Assembly (NCBI RefSeq): GCF_010894405.1
Contig: NZ_JAAIYA010000026.1
Span: 111,494-175,493 of the forward strand
Source: Pyxidicoccus caerfyrddinensis
GTDB taxonomy: Bacteria > Myxococcota > Myxococcia > Myxococcales > Myxococcaceae
Direction of reading: 5' to 3'
Length of the DNA: 64,000 nt
This document shows positions 1 through 9,100 of this stretch, piece by piece. Within the stretch, counting starts at the first letter, position 1; each line of letters begins with the position of its first letter. Both the position numbers and the translations under genes were made by a program. The notes under the pieces were generated by a model. That model saw only the letters and a program-made list of their open reading frames with translations, had not been told where the DNA came from and did no database searches.

Positions 1-1496
1 ACCAGCGGCAGGCCCCACACCGTGGGCGCGTAGAGGTACGTGAAGAACAGGTAGCCGTCATACGCGTCGCGCGTGGTGGCCAGGTGATTCAGCAGCCCCG
101 GGCACAGCGGGCCCTGCTCCGCCACCCACTGCTCCTCGCGCAGCCGCTCGTTGGGCTTGTCGAACACCTGCCGCGACAGCCCGTTGAAGCCCCGGATGTT
201 GCGCGCCCGCGTCGACGGGAAGCGCAGGACCTTGATGCCGTCCACCTCGTCCGGTCCGGGCGGGAAGACGTTCTCCCAGGACAGGTGGTTCTTCGCGCAC
301 GTGGTCAGCACCGTGAGGTCCCAGTGCGGGGCCAGGTGCTCGGCCATCTGCGCGGCCAGCTTCTCCGCTCCGCCCGTCACCTCGCCGTAGCGCTGCACCA
401 CCAGCGCCACGCGCGGGCGCTTCGGCGCCTTGCGCGCTCTCGGCGCGTGCGGCGTCAGGAACCCGTCCAGAGCGCGGGAGAGGGCACTCTGCGCGGACGT
501 CGCGGAGAAGTGCTCCAGCCGGCGCTTCTGTCCGGCGAGAACGGGCTCGCGCAGGGACAGATCCTCGCTCAGGTCCACCGCCAGTTCCGCGAGGAAGGCG
601 AAGCGCTTCTGGTCGAAGGCCACCCCCGCGCCGCCGAGCGTCTCCGGTACCGCCGCAGCCGCATACGCCAGCACCGGCACCTCGGCCGCCATGGCCTCGA
701 TGAGCGGGACGCCGAAGCCTTCGTGCTCGCTCATGGAGACGAAGACGGACGCGGAGCGGTACGCCGCCACGAGCTGCGCGTGGCTCAGTCGTCCCAGGAA
801 GTGCACGCCGCTCAGGCCCTTCGCTTCACGCTGGAGCGCCTTGAAGTAGCGGCTGCCCGGCTCGTACCCGCCCACCATCAGCAGCCGCGCCTGGGGCCGC
901 AGCCGCAGCAGCTCGCGGTGCAGCGTGATGAAGTCCTCGAAGCGCTTGTGCGGCATCACCCGGCTGACGCCCAGCAGCACGGGGCCGGGGCCGGCGAGCT
1001 GCCGCAGCATCTTCGGGTCCGCGTTGTCCCGGCTGAAGCGCTCCGGTTCGATGAACAGCGGCACCGTGTGGACGTTGCGGTAGCCCGCCGCGCGCAATTC
1101 CGCGGCGTTGAAGGCCGACACGCCGATGGCCACGTCCGCGAAGGGCGCCATGGCCGCGAGCTGGGCACGCCCCGCCACCAGCGCATCCGCCAGCGGCAGG
1201 CCCGAGTAGAAGCGCGCGGGGCTGATGTTGTGGAACACCACGCCGCGGCGGCAGGGCAGGTGCATCAGCCGGCTGCTCAGCGGCGAGGCGATGCCGTGGT
1301 GATAGAGCACCAGGTCATCGGGCTGGGGCCGCAGCGCGGAGGCGGGGCTGGCAAGACCCTCCAGGCCCGCGCCCACCTCGTCCGCGTACAGCGCGCCCGC
1401 GTGGCCCATGCGGCGCAGCAGCAATTGGAGGTGCAGCGCGGCCTGCCCGGTGGCGTCGCCAGGGACGAAGCTGGGTATCAACTGGTGGATCGCCAT
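1..1496 (-). CDS. Two-module GT4-family glycosyltransferase; C-terminal end lies beyond the window start
   Basis: Own reverse-strand translation from the ATG at the complement of 1494-1496 gives MAIHQLIPSFVPGDATGQAALHLQLL... The first module has a classic GT4 EX7E region (VSMSEHEGFGVPLIEAMAAEVPVLAYAAAAVPE). A second Rossmann-like module (RVALVVQRYGEVTGGAEKLA...DGIKVLRF...) runs off position 1. Absent from the ORF track because there is no stop codon inside the window. Confidence 0.75.
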   Translation of the reverse strand, partial: MAIHQLIPSFVPGDATGQAALHLQLLLRRMGHAGALYADEVGAGLEGLASPASALRPQPDDLVLYHHGIASPLSSRLMHLPCRRGVVFHNISPARFYSGLPLADALVAGRAQLAAMAPFADVAIGVSAFNAAELRAAGYRNVHTVPLFIEPERFSRDNADPKMLRQLAGPGPVLLGVSRVMPHKRFEDFITLHRELLRLRPQARLLMVGGYEPGSRYFKALQREAKGLSGVHFLGRLSHAQLVAAYRSASVFVSMSEHEGFGVPLIEAMAAEVPVLAYAAAAVPETLGGAGVAFDQKRFAFLAELAVDLSEDLSLREPVLAGQKRRLEHFSATSAQSALSRALDGFLTPHAPRARKAPKRPRVALVVQRYGEVTGGAEKLAAQMAEHLAPHWDLTVLTTCAKNHLSWENVFPPGPDEVDGIKVLRFPSTRARNIRGFNGLSRQVFDKPNERLREEQWVAEQGPLCPGLLNHLATTRDAYDGYLFFTYLYAPTVWGLPL

Positions 1497-1526
1497 GCGC
1501 GCCCTGCCTATCACACGAGTCGTGCT

Positions 1527-2630
1527 ATGAGGCGCACCGTGTCCACCGGCCCCATCGCCTTCGACGCGACGCTCTGGGACGAGCCGACCACCGGCATCGG
1601 CCTGTACACCCGTTGTCTGGCCTCCGCCCTGGAAGGGCTGGACGTCCGCCTGGAGAAGCTGGGCGCGCACGGCTCCGGCGAGCACCCCCGCGGCGACGTG
1701 GGCCGCACCTCGTGGACGCTCGGCCGGCTGCCCCGGTTGCTCCAGCGCGTGGGCGCGCCGCTCTACCACGCGCACGGCAACTTCAACCTCCCGCTCACCC
1801 GCGTGCCCGGCACCGCCTACGTGCTCACGGTGCATGACCTGATTCCGTTGCTGATGCCGGAGACGGTGTCCACCGCGTTCCGCTGGCAGTTCCGCCTGTG
1901 GCTGACGCGCAGCGTGTCCCTGGCGGCCCGCGTGGTGTGCGTGAGCGAGCGCACCCGTCAGGACCTGCTGGCCCGCATCCCCGAGGCGGAGTCGCGCACC
2001 GTGGTGGTGCCCAACGGCGTGGACCACGTGCACGCGCCGGTGCTGGATGCCATCAGCGTGGACTTCCTGCGCGCCCTGTCGCTGCCGAAGGACTACGTGC
2101 TCTACGCGGGCTCGCTGGACGTGCGCAAGAACGTGGACCTGGTGCTGGACGCCATGGAGCGACTCCGGGAGCGCGGGCGTCCTGTGTCGCTGGTGCTGGC
2201 GGGACAGAGCTGGTTCGGCTCGGGCCGGGTGGAGAAGCGCATCGCCCGGATGCGCTCCGAGGGGCATGACCTGCGCTCGCTCGGCTACCAGGCGGACCCG
2301 GTGTTCTACGAGCTGATGCGCCGCGCGGCCGTGTTCGTGTTCCCCTCGCGCTACGAGGGCTTCGGCCTGCCGCCGCTGGAGGCGATGCACCTGGGCACGC
2401 CCACCATCGTCTCCACCGCGGGCTCGCTCCCGGAGGTCTGCGGCGACGCGGCCCTGGCGGTGCGGCCGGAGGACGCGGAGGGGCTCGCGCAGTCCATCGA
2501 GCGCCTGCTGAAGTCGCCCGAGGAGCGGCGGGCGCTGGCGGAGAAGGGCCGGGAGCGGGCGGCGAAGTACACCTGGAAGCGGACCGCCGAGGCGACCCTG
2601 GCGGCGTACGAGGCCGCGCTCCAGCGTTGA
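1527..2630 (+). CDS. GT4-family glycosyltransferase
   Basis: C-terminal 367 aa of the 84..2630 track ORF, starting at the internal ATG at 1527 (MRRTVSTGPIAFDATLWDEPTTGIGLY...). GT4 signature FVFPSRYEGFGLPPLEAMHLGTPTIVS. The upstream part of the track ORF is antisense to the divergent GT gene and reads as Arg-rich junk. Confidence 0.85.
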   Translation: MRRTVSTGPIAFDATLWDEPTTGIGLYTRCLASALEGLDVRLEKLGAHGSGEHPRGDVGRTSWTLGRLPRLLQRVGAPLYHAHGNFNLPLTRVPGTAYVLTVHDLIPLLMPETVSTAFRWQFRLWLTRSVSLAARVVCVSERTRQDLLARIPEAESRTVVVPNGVDHVHAPVLDAISVDFLRALSLPKDYVLYAGSLDVRKNVDLVLDAMERLRERGRPVSLVLAGQSWFGSGRVEKRIARMRSEGHDLRSLGYQADPVFYELMRRAAVFVFPSRYEGFGLPPLEAMHLGTPTIVSTAGSLPEVCGDAALAVRPEDAEGLAQSIERLLKSPEERRALAEKGRERAAKYTWKRTAEATLAAYEAALQR

Positions 2631-2651
2631 GACAGTGACGCGGTCTGGAGG

Positions 2652-3191
2652 ATGCGCATGCGAAAGCTGAGCTGGAGTGGCTTCGTGCTGTTCGGTCTGC
2701 TCGCCGGTTGCGCGAGCACGCCGGTGAAGGAGGAGCCGTCGGACGCCACCACGGAGGAGCGCCGTGAGGCGGAGGGCGGGGAGGAGGCGGAGGAGTCCAT
2801 CAAGAACACCACCTCCGAGGAGGGCAAGGCGCCCGTCCAGCCCATCATCGTGAGCGCGAGCCCGCAGGCGAAGGACCTCATCCGCATCGAGGGCATGCGC
2901 ATCCTGCGGGGCGTGCTGGACGTGAGCGTGTCCCACGGCGGCGGCTGCAAGGAGCACACGTACGCGCTGGCCTGGGACGGCACCTTCACCCAGGGCACGG
3001 ACGGCACGCCGGTGGCGAACCTGGTGCTGGTCCACGACGCCCACGAGGACCGCTGCAAGGCCATGAAGTACGCGACGCCGCGCTTCGACCTGGCGCCCAT
3101 CACCCAGGCCTTCCAGCAGAAGTACGGCAAGTCCACCGGCGCGGTGGACCTGGCCCTTCCGGGACAGGCCACCCTTCGCTACGAGTTCTGA
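2652..3191 (+). CDS. Lipoprotein, unknown function
   Basis: MRMRKLSWSGFVLFGLLAGC has a lipobox (LAGC), followed by an acidic linker (EERREAEGGEEAEES) and a folded C-terminal domain. The 3' end overlaps the convergent giant gene by 13 nt. Confidence 0.6.
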   Translation: MRMRKLSWSGFVLFGLLAGCASTPVKEEPSDATTEERREAEGGEEAEESIKNTTSEEGKAPVQPIIVSASPQAKDLIRIEGMRILRGVLDVSVSHGGGCKEHTYALAWDGTFTQGTDGTPVANLVLVHDAHEDRCKAMKYATPRFDLAPITQAFQQKYGKSTGAVDLALPGQATLRYEF

Positions 3192-6100
3192 GGCGGCGGC
3201 TTCGGAAGCTCGGTGACGCCGGGGATGTGCGTGGCGCCGGACTGCGTGAGCTTCTGGATGTCGTAGCCGCGCAGCGTCCCGGTGCGGACCGTGTCGCGCC
3301 AGTGGAAGACGGCGCGACGGCGGACCACCTCGGTGCGGAGGTCCTCCGGGCAGACCAGCTCCACGCGGGCGGGCGCGGGGCCCCAGGCGAAGCGGGCGCA
3401 CTCCACCTGCGGGTCTCCCTCCACGGGCTGCTGGCGGCGCAGCAGCGCGTAGGCCGCCTCGGGCACGGGTGTCACCGGCTCGGCGGTGATGCCCACCGTG
3501 AGGAATATGTCCTTGTTCTCGGTGACGCGCGACGAAGCCTCCGGCAAGGCCTTCAGGGTGAGCTTCAGCATCAGTGCCTCGCCCGGGCCGAGCACCGCGG
3601 GCTCCGTGCCGTCGCGCAGGTCCAGCAGCGATACCTCGCGCAGGCGCTCGGGCGCCACCGTGAGCGCGGGGGTGTCCACGCCGTCCTCGCGGACGCTCAG
3701 CGGCCGGGTGACTCCGCCCGGGCCCACGCGCAGCAGGGACAGGAGCGCCGGAAGCCCCGTCGTACCGTCGTCCCAGTCGAAGCGCAGCGCCATCCGGCTG
3801 TCCGGGTTGTACTCGCCACGGTCCGTGGCCAGCGTCACCGCGTGCAGAGCCTTCTGCGTCCCGTCCAGCGTCTTGACCAGCTGGGTCGCCCGCCGCGTCG
3901 TCGAGGCGAGGTGGCGGTTGTACTCGGGGTCCTCGAAGTGGAGGAACACGGGTTCCAGCGGCAGCGGCAGCACCCCCGGGTCCACCACCCGCAGCGGGAA
4001 GGTGAGCGTCTGGATGAAGCCCTCCGCGCCCGTCACGCGGCCGACGCGGGCGTGCACCGCAAGCACCCGGCCGGGCGCGAGGCGCTGGGAGAAGTCCGCC
4101 CGCACCTCCTCGGCGGAGCGTCCTCCCGTCCCCGCCAGCTTGAAGCCCAGGCGCCCTCCCTCCGCGGGCTCGGCGGGGCCGTAGGCGAACACCTTCCCGT
4201 CCAGCGGAATCTCCAGCGCGAGCGTCCAGTCCGCCAACGAGGCCCCCGCGTTCACGTCCGCCGACAGCGTCAGCGTGCCATCCCAGCTGGCGGGGATGGC
4301 ACCGTGCAGCGGGGCTTCCAGGACGAGCCGCAGGCGGTGGACGGGGCCGTCACCGAACGACGCGATGAAGGCCTCGTCCGCCGGAGAGGCCGTGGCCAGG
4401 ACGCTGTGCCCGGGTTCGAAGTGGCTGGCCCAGGTGCGCAGCGCGGCGCCGGGGTGCCGCGCGTCATTCTCCCGCAGCGGCACCGGGCGTGGCACGCGGT
4501 GCTGCACCGGGATGCTGCCGGAGACCATGCCCTGCCCGCGGTGGGCCTCGTCCCGGGTGGGGTCCAGCCCGGCCTGACGCAGGAGCTGGTGGCGCATGGC
4601 CAGCATCACTCCCGGCCGCGAGCCCGTGAGGTGGAAGCGCACCGTACCGGGCAGCACCGGTTGCCACCGCTTCATCCGGTCGGGCTCGTCCACGTTGAGC
4701 AACACACGCGGGCTCATCAGGGGCAGGGGCAGCTGGGGCAGCACCGGCAGCAGGCCCTTGATGGCGCGGGCGCGGAACAGCGGCGGCAGGCCCGCGGTGG
4801 GCCCGGCGGCGCTCGTGGCGGAGCGGAACTGCACCTGGTGCTGGAGCGCCTGCCACCACAGCGAGAAGGGCTTGTCGGGCACGCCGTCACGAGGGCCCAG
4901 CGTGCCCGTCGCCCCCTCCTGCTCGTGGGTGTAGTGCACGGTGGTGCGCAGCGCGCTCAGGCCCCAGGGCCAGTCGCGCGGCGATTGCTGCTGCGGCCCG
5001 CTCGCGGGCCGGTGGGCGCGGTGGATGGGCTGGACGCCGGTGACTTGCGGCGGCGCCAGCTCCAGGGGGCGCACCTCCTGGGGCAGCTCCTGGCCGCCGA
5101 AGTGCCCGTCGCGGAAGCGCAGCCGCGCCGGGGGCGAGCGCAGCTTGAGCACGCGCCGCGACAGGCCTCCCGTGCGCTCGAGTCCGGGGACGAGCGAGAA
5201 GGAGTAGGCGGTGGTCAGCACCGCTTCGTCCTCGCCCGACGCCACGGTCCGGTAGACCTCCCGGAACCGCAGCACGGCGAGCGGCGACTCGGGGGTGAGC
5301 CGACGGTGCATCTCCCGCGCCCAGGCGATGGCGGAGGCGCGGACCGCGTCGAGGCCCTCTCCGCCCTCCTTCACGTGGCTGGCGGCGGGCAGCAGGGCGC
5401 GGCGCGTGCGGTCCAGGCAGAGCAGCTCCACCACCACCAGCTCCGGGATGTCGTCCTCGCGAGGGGCCGCGGGGCGGAAGCCGAGGCCGAGGTAGGGGCT
5501 CACGGCGAGGCTCATCGGCGCGCGGACGGCATCCGCGCGCGGCGCGAGCGCGGTGGCGGCGGGGAAGCGGCGCGTCCCGGTGGCCGTCGACGGCCGGAGC
5601 CAGCCACCGCTCACGAGCTGGAGCGCGGTGAGCAGCCAGCCTGACGGCAGCGGCGTGGAGCTGCCGCGTTGTGTGAGTACGGCCTGGAGCGCGAGGAGCG
5701 CGTCCGGGCGCCACTGGAGGCGCGCCTGGCCCGGCAGCGGGTCCACTCCTCCGGAGGCCTTGGGCTGACCGGGCGGATAGGCGTTGCGGACCGGGTCGAA
5801 GGCGTACTGGAGCGCCGTGGCCCGGCTGAGCCTTGCGGGCGTCTCCGGCCTCGCGGCCAGCACGCTCTGGAGCGTGTCGAAGCGGGGCTCCGGCAGCGGG
5901 TGCTGCACTCGGAACCAGCTCTCCTCCAGCGACAGCGGGTCCAGCCTCGACCAGCTGCGCGCGCGGGCGGTGTCCAGGCTGGTGAAGGTGACGGCGGCGG
6001 CCTTGCGGTCGGCCCAGCCGCTCAGCGCCAGGGCCAGCGGGGGCAGCGCGGCCGGCTGCTTGCGCCGGCGCTCCAGGTTCAGCACCGGGTCCACCTGGAG

Positions 6101-9100
6101 CTGCGAGGCCGGGCCGGACGGGGCCTCCAGCCCGTCACGCGTCCGGTCCTGCAGGCGCCCGAGGAAGGGCACCACCAGCAGCAGCCAGCGCGGGTCCGCC
6201 GGGTCCGTGGGGCCGTAGTCCTGCGGGTTGCTCAGCAGGGCCTGCTGCGTGCCGCTCGGGAGGAACTGGAGCGTCGTGGCCGCGGTGGCCTTCACGGGCT
6301 CGCCCTTCACCCAGTGCAGCGCGGTGGCCTCCACCAGCAACGTACCGGCGGGCAGCGCGGCCAGCTCCGGAGCGCTCCCTCCCGCGAGCATCGTCCGGAC
6401 CTCCTGCCCCAGGTAGCCCGCGAGCACCTCGCCCACGGGGTCCACGTCGTCGGTGGGCGAGACGGCATGCAGGTCGCTGTCCTTGAAGCGCTGGAGGAAG
6501 GCCTTGAGCCCGGCGGGCGAGGCGATGCGCACCTCCTGCAGCGCCGTCCAGCGTCGGTCGTTGGACAGGCGCGGCGTGGTGAAGCCTTCACCCGGCGCCA
6601 CGTCCACGAGCTGGTGCTCCACCACCGCGAGGAACTGCCAGGACCTGCCGTCCGACAGGCGGAACAGCAGGTCTCCGGCGCTCACCTCGAAGGCGTCCCG
6701 TGGCAGCGCGTGCTGGTTGAAGAGGATGCGCGCCGTGTGTCGGACGTGGGCCAGTGGCACTGCCCCCGCCGCGGCCGGGACGGTGAGCGTCACCTTCGAC
6801 GCGTCGTACTGGAGGCTCGCCGGGTAGGAGAGGAGGTCCTTCACCTCCAGGTAGCCGTTGAGCAGCAGCGTCTCCGTCCAGGTGCTGTCCCGCGACTGGC
6901 CGGTGTAGCCGAACACCAGGTCGCCCGCGGAGGAGCCCGCCACCTGCGCCAGCGTGGGCTGCGCCGGGAGCGGCTCCGCCTGGAGGAAGGTGCCCCAGCG
7001 GCAGCTCAGCAGCGCCTCCACGAACGAGGTGCGCAGCCGCAGCGTGGGGACGTCCACCACGCCGGTGGCCGGTAGCAGCACGTCGAAGGACAGCGCCACG
7101 AAGCCGGGCGCGTCCTGGCCCACCAGCGACATGCCGGGAAGCAGCTGCAGGCCCGAGCTGCCCGGAGAGGGCATGGGCGCGCGGTAGCGGCTCCAGGTGA
7201 GCTGGAGCGCGCCGGGGCCGGTCTCGAGCGCCACCTCCGGTGGGGGCCGCTCCAGCTCCAGGTCGTCCAGCAGGAAGCCCGACTCCCAGATCGCCCTTCC
7301 CCGGCCGGGAAACGTGACGGCCGCCGCATCCTGACTGGTGCCCACCACGCCAAAGCGCACGCCCGCGCGGAAGGCCGAGCGCGCCACCGGGGTGGCCGTG
7401 GGACGGACCGCGCCTGGCGCGGTGGCTCCGGGCACCACCGGCACCCAGCGCACGGGCCGGGTCCGCGGGCCCGGCGGCATCTCCTGGAGGGCGCGGCCCA
7501 GCCGCACGTCCACCAGCAGCGACACCCGGTACTCGAGGCCGCGCGGGTCCAGCTCCACGGCGACTTCCTTCGGTGACAGCGGCTCGGCCGCGTCCAGCTC
7601 GGCCGGCACCATGCGCACGGAAAGCGGGGACGCCTTCCCGGTGAAGGTGAGCGCGGGCAGCGGCACGTTCCAGGTGGCGCCGAACAGCAGGAAGGCGAGC
7701 TGCACGCCGTCGACGCGGAGCCCGTCCTTCTCCGGTGTGAGGGCCGCGGAGCGGACGGTGAGGCGCGGGGCGTCTCCCAGCTCTCCGTTCGCGAGCTCCA
7801 GCGGCCATTCGCACTCCGCCGGAGCGCCCGGGGACGCCTCCAGCGCCGCCGCCGTCAAAGCCAGCCCGCCGCCGGACGGCGGCCGCTCGAAGGTGAGCCG
7901 GAGCGCGTTGCCCAGGTCCACCAGCTCTCCGCCGCCGGACAGGGGCAACTGCACGCGGCCCACCAACTCCAGTCGCGTCACCCCGGCGGCATCGAGCCGC
8001 ACCCGCTCCAGCGTCAGCGGGTAGAAGCCCAGCCCGAAGAGGGTGAAGGCGTCGACGTCGGTGGGCGGCGCCAGGCGCCACTCGTAGCCGTTGAGGACGT
8101 TGTGCTCGCGCGAGCCCGCCTCGGGGTCATTCACGTCCTGCGCGGCGGCGGAGCGGGTGCTGTCGCGCCGGAACTCACCCGCCGCGGCCGGCAGGTCCCT
8201 GAACCAGAGGCCCCACGTCAGCGCGCCACCCGTGATGGGGTCCTTCCCCAGGCCCAGCGTCACCGCCTCCAGCGTGGACACCAACTCCACCGCGGCGCCG
8301 CCCTCCAGGCGCACCGCCGTCCGCAGCTGCGTGCCCACGAGGCGCGTGGCCTTGCGCCACAGGCCCCGCTGGTCCCTCAGCCCCTCGCCGGCCTTCGCAT
8401 GGGCAGCCATGCTGCCCGCCACCAGCGTGTACGCGTCCGCGGAGGGCGTGCCCGCCGCGAGCCGGATGCCTCCGTCCGCGCTCTCGAAGCGGCCGGTGAA
8501 GCCCTCCAGGGCGGCCTCGCCCTTCAGCTCCACCGAGGCCGCGGGTGCTCCCGCCGCGTTGGCCACCACCAGCGAGCCCGGGTACGTGCCCAGCGCCAGC
8601 GTGGGGCTCACCGTCCACGTGTGCGGCTCCACCAGCCCCTGGACGCGCACGGCGCCGCCGCTGGAGGAGAAGGCGTCCACCGCGTCGGCGCTCGCCAGGA
8701 CGGCCAGCTCCGAGAGGCGGGACCAGTGGTCCGCCAGCGTCTCGCGAACCAGTGGCCGGGGCGGCTCCGGCGGCGAGTCATCCGCTGTGGGGGTGACTTC
8801 GTCCGGGCGGCGCGTGGGCGGCTTCAGCCGGGCCAGGGCCTGCGGTTCGTCCGTGTACGGCAGGTCCAGGCGGAGCTGCACCGGCAGGGTGGTGCCGGCG
8901 TCCAGCGGCAGCCCGGAGGCATTGGCGCCCGGCTTCAGCACCAGGCCTGGCAGCGACAGCGACACGAGCGGCAGGTCTGGCCTCCCCTTCCACTCGCACG
9001 CGGGGACCTGGGGCCCCCGTGCCCGGGGCCACGCGGCGGCGCCGTTCGTCCCGGTGACGCCGAAGCGCCAGCCCGAGGGAAGGGTGAGGCCGTTCATCTC

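Noticed and set aside
84-2630. 848-aa ORF as a single gene
   Set aside because: Only the last 367 aa (from ATG 1527) read as a GT4 enzyme. The upstream 480 aa are Arg-rich low-information sequence lying antisense to a well-supported divergent GT gene.
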